Assembly: GCA_001949185.1 (NCBI GenBank)
Contig: BDGG01000005.1
Coordinates: 1,291,249-1,355,248, forward strand
Direction: 5' to 3'
DNA length: 64,000 nucleotides
Source of the DNA: Ramazzottius varieornatus
Lineage: Eukaryota > Animalia > Tardigrada
Below the pieces are notes generated by a model. The model made no database searches, was not told the DNA's origin, and saw nothing but the letters and a program-made list of their open reading frames with translations. The translations under genes and the position numbers were made by a program. Below, piece by piece: positions 52,301-64,000 of the stretch; within the stretch, counting starts at the first letter, position 1; the number at the start of each line of letters is the position of its first letter.

Positions 52301-54415
52301 GAAATGTAAAAATCCAACTTCATCTCGACGACCACTAACTTCTAGAAAACGTTGGAGTTCACTATACTCGTATATGAAATCTAAAACAGTTTCTTCCCGG
52401 ACAAACTGTCTTTTACCGGCGATACAGTTTTAGTTTGATTGGTGGATACTGTAGGCTGGACCTGTTATACAGTGGAGAAAATGCATCGCTTCCGCTGATC
52501 ACGCGACCTGGCTTCCCGTCGGTCAATGTCATGGTACCACGTGACCACCCGATACGATGCATTTTCTACACTGTAGCTGTGATTGTTGTTTGAGTGGTAT
52601 CGGTTTGATGCTGTTGCGTGGTAAAGCATGGTGTGGCTCTGTCGGGAAGAGGCAACTCAGCAAAAGGCTAGCACGAAGGCGCTCACCTGGAATTACCATT
52701 CTGAATTTTGCAATGTTACAGGAAGCTCAGAACGAAGGGTCGCCGTCAAAGCTGACAAGTCGACGTCGGCAGGGCATTGTTGGCGAAGCTCCGACATCGC
52801 AACTGGTTCGGAAGAGCTCACCGACAGATCAAGATAACCTTAGTCCCCGAAACAATGCTTCTGGTAAGCTGGCGTCCAGCCAGATTAGCGTCTTATTACT
52901 ATGATTAGCTGATCGTCCATTAGAGCGAAGGGCGAATGTAATGTACGCTGCCATCTATACATCGTGTGTTCTTGTAGGAGATTTTGTGGCGTCCCGCTTC
53001 GGCGCTGTCCCGGCGGTGATTGAAACACCGGCTGACGCAAAGCCGTCCAGTGCCTTCGTTGATAACGACGATGAACAGAGTGACGAATCGACGGATAGTT
53101 TCGATGAGTCGGATAGTGACAACGAAACTAGTAAGCCGTTATGTCCGTCGTGAACCAGTCAGTGCATCTTTAACTTCAGTAATCGGAGACATCAAGAAAC
53201 TGGCTTTCTTTCGGTGGATGCCGTTTTCTTTAATCAAGGAAAACTGGCAGTATCTCTGTGAAAATCGACAGGGTTTTCCATGGTCGCCAGGTTGTTGTCT
53301 CGAAATTTCAGATCGAAATTCTTTGGATTTGTGAAATGAAGTTTCGGATTCGGCTGACAGTAACCTTGATGATGTCATTCTGTTTACGTAAAGTTACTCT
53401 TTCGTCGTTACAGCTTGTAATTTGTAGCTGGATTGGGAAAGAAAGTGATGCGGAAGGACTCGCTGGCCATCCATCTGGAAGCAAAGCGGACCGGTCGGAG
53501 ACTGAGTGAAGTACGCGTAGGCCGCGAAGTGGTGCCGGGGAATGAGCGGAAAGCCGAACTCAGTGAAATTGGCAATCGATTACAACGGTACGAATAGACA
53601 TGGAATATCAGATAGCGATGCGGAATATGCGGAATAATGCGATCGCTTACTTCCGATTTATTCGTACCACGCAGTATGATCTTGTCTCTTTTACTTAGTA
53701 ACACCCATTTTTTTTTCAGCAAGCTGAGCTTACGGCCAACTGCGGAAGATCTTGCTCAGCGGAATATTTTGAGAGGTTTCGACAGTTGTGGGATTCGTGG
53801 TTTCGAATACCTGTGTAATGTTTTTTTTTCTGAACCGTTTGAGCAGAAGACGAAAAGTTTGATATGAAAGAGCGGCGCGAAAGCTTGGCACGTAAAGTAA
53901 GTGAATTGTTCTCAATTGACGATGGTAGGGAAACTTATGATGCAGTTGCCTTTTGTTGGGACTGTACGTATTCGCCGGGTGCTGCGGATTTCTTTACCTG
54001 CACGCGTATGTTTTTGACAGTTGAGCTTCCGACCCACCATCGAACAACTCAAGGAGCTGAAGATTATCCGTTTCAATGATTACGTTGAGATGAGTCAAGT
54101 CGAAGAGTGGGACAGGCGGGCTGACAAACCTTGGACACGTCTCACGCCCAAAGATAAGGTAAGAGAATTGCTTGTGTGGGCTCGCACACGTTTGCAGATG
54201 TTTCATGGCTTCATGAGGGGATGAACTGTTTCTTTTGAAAGGCCGCTATCAGAAAAGAACTCAATGATTTCAAGAAGGAGGAAATGGAGGTTCATGAACA
54301 AAGTAAACAGTATACAAGGTATGAAGAAGTAATTCCCAATTTTCGGCACCAGCTAATCGGCTTGAAACATAAATGCCTCAAACCTGACTGCTGTTGTAGA
54401 TTTCACCGACCGTAG
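49354..54415 (+). CDS. Phactr: Phosphatase and actin regulator (Phactr); start exon not located
   Basis: FKPWKWRR basic motif. [13 protein letters not shown] and [16 protein letters not shown] motifs. PP1-binding tail IRFNDYVE...[34 protein letters not shown]...TRFHRP-stop. Confidence 0.93.
50643..50848. mobile_element. MITE family C (CTGTA termini, TA TSD) in Phactr intron
   Basis: TA|CTGTATTCCCTCGAAAGTTCTGCGAATCACGT ... ACGTAATTTGCAGAACTATCGAGGGACTACAG|TA. Confidence 0.85.
50851..51003. mobile_element. MITE family D (CTGTA termini, TA TSD), abutting family C
   Basis: TA|CTGTAGTGATACCAAATTATAGCGCACTCAACCACGTGA ... TCACGTGGTTGAGTACGCGATAATTTGGTAGTACTACAG|TA. Confidence 0.88.
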
Positions 54416-54917
54416 AAAGCGCAGTCTAAGTTGGCTTTGATCTATCATGCACCTCCTATCGACGCGTGCCTTTTGTATCAATAGAAGCTGCCTCTAAATC
54501 GTCAAGACCGCGCACGTTTGACAGTAAGGAGAGTTGTTCCTTCTCGTCGTTTTTCTTTTCCGGTTTACAGTTTGTACGCAGAGTTCTGATGTATTTCCGT
54601 GAACTCGATTTGCAAAGTAAAAATTCTTCTGAAGCATAAAGATGAAGTGAATGTGTTAATTACGGGGATCTATGACGTTCCCTTCCAGCTGTGTAAAACT
54701 GGATTTCTTGGTGAGCGATACCGGAATCCGCTATCTGACGGTCGTGTGAGATGCATAGATCTTCTTAGGCCGAGAGGGCCTTGAAGTTTGTGCGCGTGCC
54801 ATAATCCATGTTTCGGCAAAAGGAATTATGGAAGGTGCTAAAACTGGCTAGCATTTGAACTAACCATCAGATCGGCTCCGAATTTAGATAGTAGATGTAC
54901 AAGTCAATCTGTACTAG

Positions 54918-57782
54918 TCAAAAACGTAAATGAAAGGGTCCCGTGTCTCGTGTCTGCTTGGGTGCAATGGAAGCATCTTCCTGTTGTCCGCCAAAATCTT
55001 CATCACTATCCGTCCACGAGATGCTCTCTTGGTGTGGGAAAAGCTCAGGTCCTTTGCTGTAAAATGGTCTCAGTCTGCTGAGAATCAAAATTGTCGGACC
55101 TTGGAGGAGGAGAGTAAATCCGATGCTAAACCACAGAAAGTTGACGGGAGGTAACAGTGTATCGCAGAACAAATGTGCAATAAGTCGGAAGGCATCGTAA
55201 ACTGGGCGACAGCGTCCCGCGTCTATCTTTAGACAGCGATCTAGGAAGTCGACGTAATCAAGGGTGAAATTATGTAACTGGTCGGTGAACTGCCGAACAA
55301 ACACCTCGGCGTTCATACCACTTGTACCCGTTTGTATAGCTTTTTGCAGGGTATCAGCAGTCCTTAAGACAACCTTTGCTTGATCCAACCAGTCATTTAA
55401 TAAAGGATCAATACTAAGAAGCAAATCTCTGGTGAAGTTCTTCTGGTAAAGAAAGGTTGCGCTTGGACTATCGGGAGTCGCGAGGTAATGCACGTATTGA
55501 CCGTGTAGATTAAAGATTGCCTGACCACTTGTATCTATGCCCGGTAATCTTTGTGAGTAATTCATAACCCAGCCAGTAAAATCGTTGTAGGTGTTATCGT
55601 ACCCCGGATCAAGATAATATAGTGTGTAAGGCTGATAAGGGAGGAGATATTTCCCCGCGTGGATCCAGTAGTCTTCATCCCAGAGCTGGTGATCGTAGTC
55701 ATACGCTTCGGTCGGTGATCCCTCAATTGGCACGATATAGCCAAGAACGCCTAGACCATCGTTGGCGCGTAGCACAGGGCTACTGGCGTTCAATGGTCTA
55801 GAGTGATTTCCTGTGTTGTACCAATACCGAAATTTTTTATAGATATCTCGTATATCTTCCGCGTTGAATTTGTTCTTCGCTGCGTCAAGAAGAACCTGGA
55901 TGGAAGGAAGAATAGCGGGATCGTAAGTTCGTATTTCTGAAGGATTAACACGAAACGCTGATAGCGCTCCCGAAATGTTGAGAAGCTCCAGAGAGGTTCT
56001 TGCGTTTCCTTCCTCCACCACTTGTGACAAGCTTAGAGCACTCCACGCCGATCCATTGAACAGACAACTAGCCAGTATGGAAGCCGCATCCAGACTCTTA
56101 TTGTTGTAGTTTATGTTCATGTCGACGATATTCTTACTGAGTGCGTTGAAACCGGTTCGTAGGTCGCTAAAATTGGCTGCCTCGTTTCGGAGAATGAAAC
56201 ATCCAGCCTTCTCAAGCTGAGTTGCCGTCACCATAAGAACGGTCGTTGCGACCATCAGGGCCCACGAAATCGACTGAATTAGTGTTAAGGCTAGAGTCAA
56301 TATATGTCCCCCGCGGGCCGTAGGTCCATGACGATCGTTTGGTAGTTTATCAGGCTGAAAGTTAGCGGCGCCCCACAACAACCCCGAAATAATCAATACT
56401 GACACAACGACACCCCAGATTGCGACCGCAATGGAAATCAAGAGGAGATATATGTCTACCGGTTGTCCGTGTAACTTCTTGTACTGAAGAAACCATTCGT
56501 CCACTTTATCGGTCAAACCCAAAACTGCGTCCAGGTTCAAAGGATCTGTCGCGTACTGGATAAAATGCCGAAGTTGCTCGAGTTTTGACATCAGTAAGTC
56601 TGTGGCTGTTTTTTGATTTCGCAGGAGCGCGCTGATACTCTTAGTTATACTTTTTGCGGGATGGAAGACCGTGGATACATTTGTGGAAGCAACCAGAACT
56701 GCGTCCTTGAGTTCCGAAAGGTTCACGAACAGGTTTCTGACGACATCACGATTCGAGATAGTCCAGAATGATCCATACAGCGCCCAGCAAGGAAAAATAT
56801 CAAGACAGCCATAAAGTATTATGTCGTCATCGATTCTGCTCAAAGTTTGCAAACCGAGGTCAAGCTGATATACCGAATCCTTTAAAGCATTCATCTGTTC
56901 CGGTACACCGTTGACTAATTCGATGAGCGAATCAGTTTTCAACTGGAAACTACTAATGGCATTAAGTAACTCTGTATATTCTGAGCCTTGTTGCCCATCG
57001 AACTGTCTATCCAGTTGTCCGCCGATCACTGATCCATACGCAGTTAACTCTGTTCGAATCTTTCGCTGTAGCACGTGAAAGTTTCCGACGCAGCTGTGAT
57101 CATCAGCAAACACTTGCTTATTGGTATTCCGCATGAAACTTTTGATGTCGGCTACTACAGCTGGTACCACCTCATCCGAATATCTCCAACCGTGTCGGAA
57201 GTCGAGGGCAGATAAGAAAGTCAGGACACTGGAACCGCACATCAGAATGCAGATGACCATCACCGCCGATCCTAACGACGACAGCAGCTTCTTATGGTTT
57301 CCGGAATCGTACATCCGTCTCATACGATCTGATGACCTTGGCTGGCACAGGTTTCCGACAACACAAAAGAACAAAAGCCACAGCGCATATGCGATGCCCA
57401 ACACAGTCAGAATCAAGATTCCTATAAGGCTCGGCTCGCCAAGTAAGCTGGCCTTGAACCGTCCACTGTACGTGCCCACCATATGCTCGACTTTGAAAGG
57501 TTGTGGTTGAACTAAGCTCATGAATTCGCGCTGTAAGCCGAACCATGAATTCAAATTCAGGATGCCTGTCCGTTCGCGTAGCAGATTACTGTTGTAGGGC
57601 CTTCCATGAGGTGGTAGAAGTCGAAACTCAAGCTGACTGTAGGCAAAACATTCGCTCAAAAAGATATAGTAAACTGCAACCCAACAGGTCAAACAATTTA
57701 CAGTTCGGTGACGACATGAATAACTAGTCGGTAACAAGCAGCGTTCATGATACATGTTTGGAACGTATGCGTAGTGTAACAT
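54918..57782 (-). CDS. Prominin-like pentaspan membrane glycoprotein, single exon
   Basis: 954-aa ORF with a signal-like segment and 5 hydrophobic helices. F.SLVQPQPF, P..R...ARGG.IL, and GRCRPVYDAF...FCD..L.PVN.LWFS prominin motifs. Confidence 0.85.
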   Translation of the reverse strand: MLHYAYVPNMYHERCLLPTSYSCRHRTVNCLTCWVAVYYIFLSECFAYSQLEFRLLPPHGRPYNSNLLRERTGILNLNSWFGLQREFMSLVQPQPFKVEHMVGTYSGRFKASLLGEPSLIGILILTVLGIAYALWLLFFCVVGNLCQPRSSDRMRRMYDSGNHKKLLSSLGSAVMVICILMCGSSVLTFLSALDFRHGWRYSDEVVPAVVADIKSFMRNTNKQVFADDHSCVGNFHVLQRKIRTELTAYGSVIGGQLDRQFDGQQGSEYTELLNAISSFQLKTDSLIELVNGVPEQMNALKDSVYQLDLGLQTLSRIDDDIILYGCLDIFPCWALYGSFWTISNRDVVRNLFVNLSELKDAVLVASTNVSTVFHPAKSITKSISALLRNQKTATDLLMSKLEQLRHFIQYATDPLNLDAVLGLTDKVDEWFLQYKKLHGQPVDIYLLLISIAVAIWGVVVSVLIISGLLWGAANFQPDKLPNDRHGPTARGGHILTLALTLIQSISWALMVATTVLMVTATQLEKAGCFILRNEAANFSDLRTGFNALSKNIVDMNINYNNKSLDAASILASCLFNGSAWSALSLSQVVEEGNARTSLELLNISGALSAFRVNPSEIRTYDPAILPSIQVLLDAAKNKFNAEDIRDIYKKFRYWYNTGNHSRPLNASSPVLRANDGLGVLGYIVPIEGSPTEAYDYDHQLWDEDYWIHAGKYLLPYQPYTLYYLDPGYDNTYNDFTGWVMNYSQRLPGIDTSGQAIFNLHGQYVHYLATPDSPSATFLYQKNFTRDLLLSIDPLLNDWLDQAKVVLRTADTLQKAIQTGTSGMNAEVFVRQFTDQLHNFTLDYVDFLDRCLKIDAGRCRPVYDAFRLIAHLFCDTLLPPVNFLWFSIGFTLLLQGPTILILSRLRPFYSKGPELFPHQESISWTDSDEDFGGQQEDASIAPKQTRDTGPFHLRF

Positions 57783-58339
57783 ACTTTTGGTGATAGTCCG
57801 ATGACATTATGCCCGACGAGTTTGTACTTCTCCATGCAACGAACTATGGATGCGAATGTTAACGGTTGAAACTCTGTCGGCATCCTAACAATCAGGCTTA
57901 TTGCCTAAGGACGAGATGCGCACCAAAATCGCGCAAAATTGCTCATCTTTGTCGTGGTAACTTTAAGGACTTTTCCGACGAACAAACGTGGATAGAGCAG
58001 TCCTTTATAAACATTTTGAACCGTTCCACAAAATTTTCTGACGATCATCGAATTCATTGTCAAGGTCTGGAGACTCACCCCCAAACCTTGACGAAGAGCG
58101 CCAGCACTGCATGTGGCCTAATGTAGTTCGGTCTGTGTGGGGGCTGTTCACACCAGGCTCAGTTAGCCTGCATTATTCCCTGTGCTCTGTCGTCTCTTGC
58201 TTCCCTCCCTCTACTCAAAACTTAGTCCAATCAACTCCGCCCATTTTCCGACCAAACCGCCAAACTTTGCCAATCGCTTAATGATTATAACACTTGCCAC
58301 ATCGGGCAACTGACTTAAAGAGGTAGACAGAGCCTCATA

Positions 58340-59760
58340 TTGGAGGTGTCGTACCTGGCATAGCCCCATATATCTTGCCCACACCGTTCTCGTGATTATG
58401 TACCTATATAAGTACTTTTACAAAGGAGTTGATCGTGCCAAAGTGAAGCGATGCGCAGGACGAAATATCCGAATACCAGAATTCACGATATTTATCAACG
58501 TTGGAAGTTGCTTGGAGGTTTCTCGGTTTCCGGGCGATACGCAGTATACCTTCGGTAGGCAACTACCCGGTGCATGTGCACAAGGGGAATTACGTGGTGT
58601 GTACTAAAGGGTCCCGATGATCCGGCTTTGAACTCAGTCTCACCACGTGAAAGGTACCTCTTGCGCCCAGAAGACGATATATTTGACGACTTGAGATATC
58701 TCCAGTACTACGAGGAGAGAGGCCCAACTTTTCTAACGAGCTTACTTTGCTAAGCCAAATTCTGAAGGTAGCGCTGCCCACTGCGAATCTAGACTACAAC
58801 CAGTTGGCGGCTGAGCAGAAGTTAGCAAAGTTTTGGCCAGTTAACATTCACAGTTCAGTTTAGGCCTTGATTCAGTGATCGGCAAGTCCACCGTGAGATT
58901 CAGATAAATCTGTCAAGGCAATGCGTTTTCGCTCGGAAGTTAGCAAAATTGTAGCCGTTCCGTTTTTGGATGAAAACGGCTGTCTTGCGTCATCTTTAAC
59001 CCTGAGCACACTTTCAGAAATGTGTGATTCCGCTAGGTTCGACACATATGTGCTTTATCTGGCTTGCCTTGTTCTGCCCTCTGCAGAAAGAGTGCTTCCT
59101 AATATCGGATGCCATCTTCGAATGGCTTCCACTCTGGAATCTCTCTCGTCACGATCTTCCAATGTTCCCAACTTCTGTCTGCAGCAGAATGAACCAAGGT
59201 TGTGGGAGATACTTGTGAATTAATTCGGAATTTCAGGACCTGATGGTTTTTGAGCAATTCGTTAGTTAGAAAAGTAGTAACCAGTTTGGCGAGTTAGAAA
59301 AGTTGAGTTTTACTCCTCGTACTAGAAATACATCGTCACGAAAATTAAGCCTTCTGATCCTATCCAGAAAAGGCTTAACGTGTACACTGACCAGGTGAAT
59401 AAAATGCAATCTTTTACGTTTACGAACGACAATTAATCTACATTGCCAGAATGGATCTAAAACGACCTTTGGCCGGGGAAGCGTATGTCCTTTGAGTTTT
59501 ACTGGACCATCATGCAGCAAGAGGACCTCAAAATAGTGGATGGTGTAATGTACAGTAGTTTTGCTAAAACATGTGTGGCACTTGACTTGGTTGCGAAAGA
59601 CGGTGAACCTGATTACTGTGTGCAACACGTCATAACGAACTGTCGCTATCCTGCTCAACTGCGAAGTCTGTTCGTCTTGCTCATTAATGAAGGTGCGCCG
59701 GCAATGGACAACAATCACTTTGACACATTGGCAGCCGATATCTTATTGTGCGGAATTTGA
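58340..59760 (+). pseudogene. Decayed Helitron Rep-helicase fragments
   Basis: YLYKYFYKGVDRA (HUH Rep YxxKY motif), RYLSTLEVAWRFLGF, EDLKIVDGVMYSSFAKTCVALDL...PAQLRSLFVLL. Frameshifted and interrupted. Confidence 0.8.
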
Positions 59761-61417
59761 CACCGGAACTCGGTTCTGATCAAGTACCTGCAGAAATATT
59801 AGAAAACTTGACCCCCTGGGCAAACGCAACAGCGATCGCGGACTTCATGAGCCTTTGAATAACCACAGAACTTGTCCAAATGCTAACATTGTACAACAGT
59901 CCTCACGACGAGCTGTTTATGTCGCAACGGTTGTTTTAAAATTTGAGTTTGCTTAATCAACGGAAATTAGTCGTGAGTGAGGAAAAATTGCGTTTTTCGA
60001 AAGTCTCGGAAACGGGAGCGGAAATGCGCGAGTTTTGCGGGATAGGTTTGTAGGCAAACTTTGCCTCCTGACTAGGCTGAAATTCATCGTTTTCTCTCTG
60101 GCTAGTCTCTGTCGATATCCCCGACACTAACAGGTATCAAGAAGCCCATACGTGAAACGGTATCTCGCAATGTGAAGCACTGTGCAGACAGAGATCAGCT
60201 GAGAAATGAAAATTTGAAATTTTGAGTCAAGTGTGCAGAGAATAATCCGTTTTCGCTTTCAAGATGAGCTACTCGAGGGCTGCTTATCTTGAAAGCGAAA
60301 CTTCGTAATCCACTTTCAAGATCAACACAATCAACGGAGTTTTACGGCCTGTCGTGAGGAGGACTAATAAACAGACATGCCAGAGGATGTATAACGAAAC
60401 TCTACCCGCTCCCAACCAAGAACAACAGGACTTCATGGATAAGGTCCACCACACACTGAAGGCTTGAACTGATGCATTATTTTCAAACGACCCAGCAAGA
60501 CGTGGAAAACGTACTGTGTTCCATCAAAAGTTTCAGACAATCACGTGACATGGCAGTAAATGGGTTTCGGCAGCCTAATTTCCGGAATATTGACTAACAA
60601 CACGATTGTTCAGTGAACAGTTCTGAAGTTCTGGCACTCCAGGGGCTTTTCTCGACTGCCGATGAGACAAAATGGAACAAACGTCGAGGGACACGGAGCT
60701 GAAGCCATTTGGGCAACTGACCACTGGTGAAATAGCCACGTCGGGGAGATTCAAAGGGGTTCGAATTTTTGTCCGAAAACATTTTGACGTCAAAATGACG
60801 TCACAAAGTGTAAGACTACACATACAATCGTTTTGACACCAAACCTTCCAGGCTGGGGTGTCCCAGCGGTTAATCACCCCTGAAGTCTCCTGGAATATCT
60901 TCCCAAAAGGGCGAACATTTTTTACCTTTGGGCCACGGCGAGGTACGGCAAAGCTGCCATCAGATGCCCCTGAATATTTTCTCAAACTTCATGTCAGAAA
61001 GCAGTCATTTGGTAGCAAAAATAATGTTCTGGAAATTGGGCCATCGAAACCCAAATATTACAGTAATAATCCTCACTTCTTTAGTACGTCACTGACAAGG
61101 CAGCTTACCAGGCAGTGTGCGGTAAACTTCTACTTTCGCTCTTGAGACTTGAGTGACTTTAGAAAAAAGCCGAAGATGACGCTTTACAACAAGGTAGGTT
61201 GTCACGTGATGTTACGGCGACGTTTGTATTTGCCATCCGCGAAGCACCAACTAGCTCATTTCAGCACATAAAAACCTGCTTTGTGACCTTGCTAAGGAAG
61301 GGAGGATTATCAGTAAAACCGGCGGGGATAGAAAAGGGGGTGTCTCTTCAATCAAAGACACGAAATCGAATCGGAGAAATGTAAGCAGCGCCCAGATCGT
61401 TTCACTGGAATGTTGAC

Positions 61418-61774
61418 GTGCTCTGCTACTGGAGATATGCTCCCGGTGAAGATCGTCAGCTTTTCCAAAGTTCCCGTTCTTGTCGTCGAGACGAATGGCT
61501 GGAAGTCAATGTGGAAGAACACGGTTTTCATTACTTTCATAATAAAACCGCGTGGGTCATGAAAGCTACGTTCGGTCCTTGGCTGAACGAGCTGATGATT
61601 AAGCAAGGACGGCATATAATTTTGCTTGCGGATAACTTTGCCGCTTACCAGGCCGGAAGCCGCTGGGACGTTAAGGTGGTATTTCTGACCGCCAATACCA
61701 CTTCCAGACTACAGCCGCTTAAAACGGGCATCATCAAGTCTTTTAAGGACTATTTCAAGCGAAATATGAAATAA
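61418..61774 (+). pseudogene. pogo/Tigger DDE_1 transposase fragment
   Basis: NKTAWV...F..WL, IILLADNFAAY, VVFLTANTTSRLQPL.TGIIKSFK. Confidence 0.8.
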
Positions 61775-63508
61775 TATGGCAAAGGCCATGGTGGAAGCTA
61801 TTCTTCAGAAGAAGAGCGGAGTTGAATTCAGTAAATCCACCGAGATTCACGACGCGGCGAAGTCAGTGAAAAAGCCTGTTTCCGCCATTGTGGTATTGGT
61901 GGCAACTTGGAAATTGTCGAAGATCCCGTAGATACTGTGACTAGTGATGAACTTGAGAAAACCATATCTAGCGGGAAATTGTTTTGAATTGACAAATTAA
62001 ACCGGGGTGTCTACAGCTTAACGGGGCGTGATAGTGGTGCCTATAGCATCACCCTTTTCACGATCGAGATGGAATGACCAGGAAGTGAGATACGGAAATT
62101 CAATGGCGGGCCTTGGAATGTACGACAGATGCATGTATCTGAGTCTGGAGATTGCTTGGTGATAACCATGGCTCGGCCATTACCCCCACAAAACCAAAAT
62201 CATGGAAACATTTGTAAGAAATTAACCGTGAGCAAACCCAAAAATTCGGCTCCGTCACCCACTCTTCCGTATTCTGTACTATCTCCAGTCGATTTTGGGT
62301 TAAGATGGATATTATGGTTATTTAGAACTTGTCTGGACAAAACATCAGATATAACAGTATATACAAATTAGGACGAGCGGTCGCCATGGCATCGATTGCT
62401 TTACTCAAAAAAATAACGTTTCTTCCAGGAGACTAAATTGAAATCGACAAATTATCAGGTGCGGAAGTATGACCTGTATTTTCGAACAGCAGCTTCGAAA
62501 ATTTTTTCTCCGTTCTGAAGCCAAGTAATTTATCCCAAACCTTTTTACATATGATGCAGCACTATTTAGCTTTTGAACAACCTCATGGAAACTCAAATGA
62601 AATGTGTTCGTGGAGCAGCAAAATCAGTTTAGCGGCTGCTTTCTGTAAACCCGCCACTTTCTGGAAAACAATACTTTCGAGCGCCCAGATCCTTTTGGAA
62701 ACCTAATCATGCTTGCAAAACATATTCTGATGGTCTCTCTTTCAACAGCACCATCAAATTTTCTCTCAAACTTTTGGCTGCCAAAGTTGTCCGGGGGAAA
62801 CTTGGACACAAGTCCAAACCCTAAACTCTGCCTTGTCGGAGCTGAGTAAGCTCAAGCGCAAAGTGACTTGGACTTAAAATACAGCTCTCCCTGGTGCATT
62901 CATTGAACATCTCACAGGAAGGTTTCAAGGATTCTGTGAAATAGGAAAAATTTAGTTCCGGCTACCTCACTGAAGTAAATCATTTTAAAGATCGTTTTCT
63001 GCACCCGGAAAAATGCGATTTCTTATCTTGGAAAAACCAGAAGTCGCAATGAGATAACTCCTGACTGCTGCCACGGAGAACCAACTAAGTTCAATAGACT
63101 GACACGATTCCCTTCGAAATCGGTCAAGCCAGTGGCTGAAAAGAAATTCGGAAAAACAGGGAAGAAATCTTCCCCCGCTAACTATAAACCTAGCGTTTTT
63201 CCTCCCGTGGGCAAAACACGGACTTGATTCTTGCTGCGGAAAAAAGAAGAGTATTGGTGGACAACCCACCACATAAAGCAGAAGAGAAAAGACAAAGATC
63301 GCACCCGCAAAAAAATTCCAAATGTTTTCCCTCGAAAAGGGAAAAGTCTAACTCCCGCACTTGATACTGGAATGCTTCTTGAATGTCACGCAGTACGTCA
63401 TCATACACGTTAATTGTGTCCGTCGGACGCCAAATTATTTGGTTCGGCTAATCAACAATCCATGATACAATAAACTGCCTTTCAAATGGCCTTTCCCAGT
63501 AAGTCGGT

Positions 63509-63993
63509 TTATTCCACAGAGGTAAAGCTGTATTCGAGAGTGCAGTTCAGATCTTCAACGTTCTCATCGGCTAACATGTACAGGGGTTCGGGCAAAATAT
63601 TTGCAGCAACAAAAGACTTTTCTACAGTGGAAGTTTTGATCCTATGCCAGGCTTCAGATACAAAATAAAGGGATTCCTGACGTACGGCTTTTTCAGGTAG
63701 CCCTTCTTGGTAACTTCTGTGCAGTTGTCTCTCCATTGATGATAGGACTGCTCCAAGTGACACTTTAATGGATAGTTGACACCAACATCAAGTGGCTGGT
63801 ACTTTCCAGTCAGCCCTTTCGGAATAAAAATTTGCTCCATTCCTTTACTCTCCAGCAGCGCCCGGTTTTCATAACTCAAATGCGCCGGCGCGTGGTCCCT
63901 AGACAAGTAGCTTCCTTGTTCTTTCTCGTCAAAGGTAGACTCAATCCATTGGATATCCAGACAAGACTGCCACCATCCGGAGGCTGCAACCAC
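63509..63993 (-). pseudogene. pogo-like DDE_1 transposase fragment (runs off window end)
   Basis: DHAPAH, FIPKGLTGKYQPLDVGVNYPLK, then frameshifted FVSEAWHRI...KSF. Confidence 0.8.
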
Positions 63994-64000
63994 GGAGTGC

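Overview
Compact, intron-dense animal genomic DNA with mostly 55-100 nt GT-AG introns. The gene content and compactness suggest a small-genome invertebrate such as a tardigrade; this is a guess, not proven. Genes in order: bestrophin-1 (+), NC2-alpha/DRAP1 (-), RPB12/POLR2K (-), bestrophin-2 and -3 (+), IA-2/PTPRN pseudophosphatase (+), a secreted TSP1x2 + F5/8C x2 protein (-), SENP/Ulp1 SUMO protease (-), a possible orphan gene (+), Src42A/FRK-type kinase (-), Phactr (+) and an intronless prominin (-). The last ~6 kb holds transposon relics (Helitron Rep-helicase, two pogo/Tigger DDE fragments). Several MITE families are present. The most unexpected signal is a dispersed ~90-bp dyad element (8 copies). 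Its inverted arms (core CAAGTGGCGCA) are separated by a spacer of highly variable sequence but almost invariant length (27 nt in 7 of 8 copies, 26 in one). Other notable items: a tandemly duplicated IA-2 ectodomain on either side of the dibasic cleavage site behind a Q/M/P-rich lumenal region, clustered intron loss and divergent pore-gate residues among the three bestrophins, and a CtBP-type PVDLT motif in the NC2-alpha tail. No CRISPR, rRNA or tRNA could be supported. Exon boundaries were read by eye and some are approximate.
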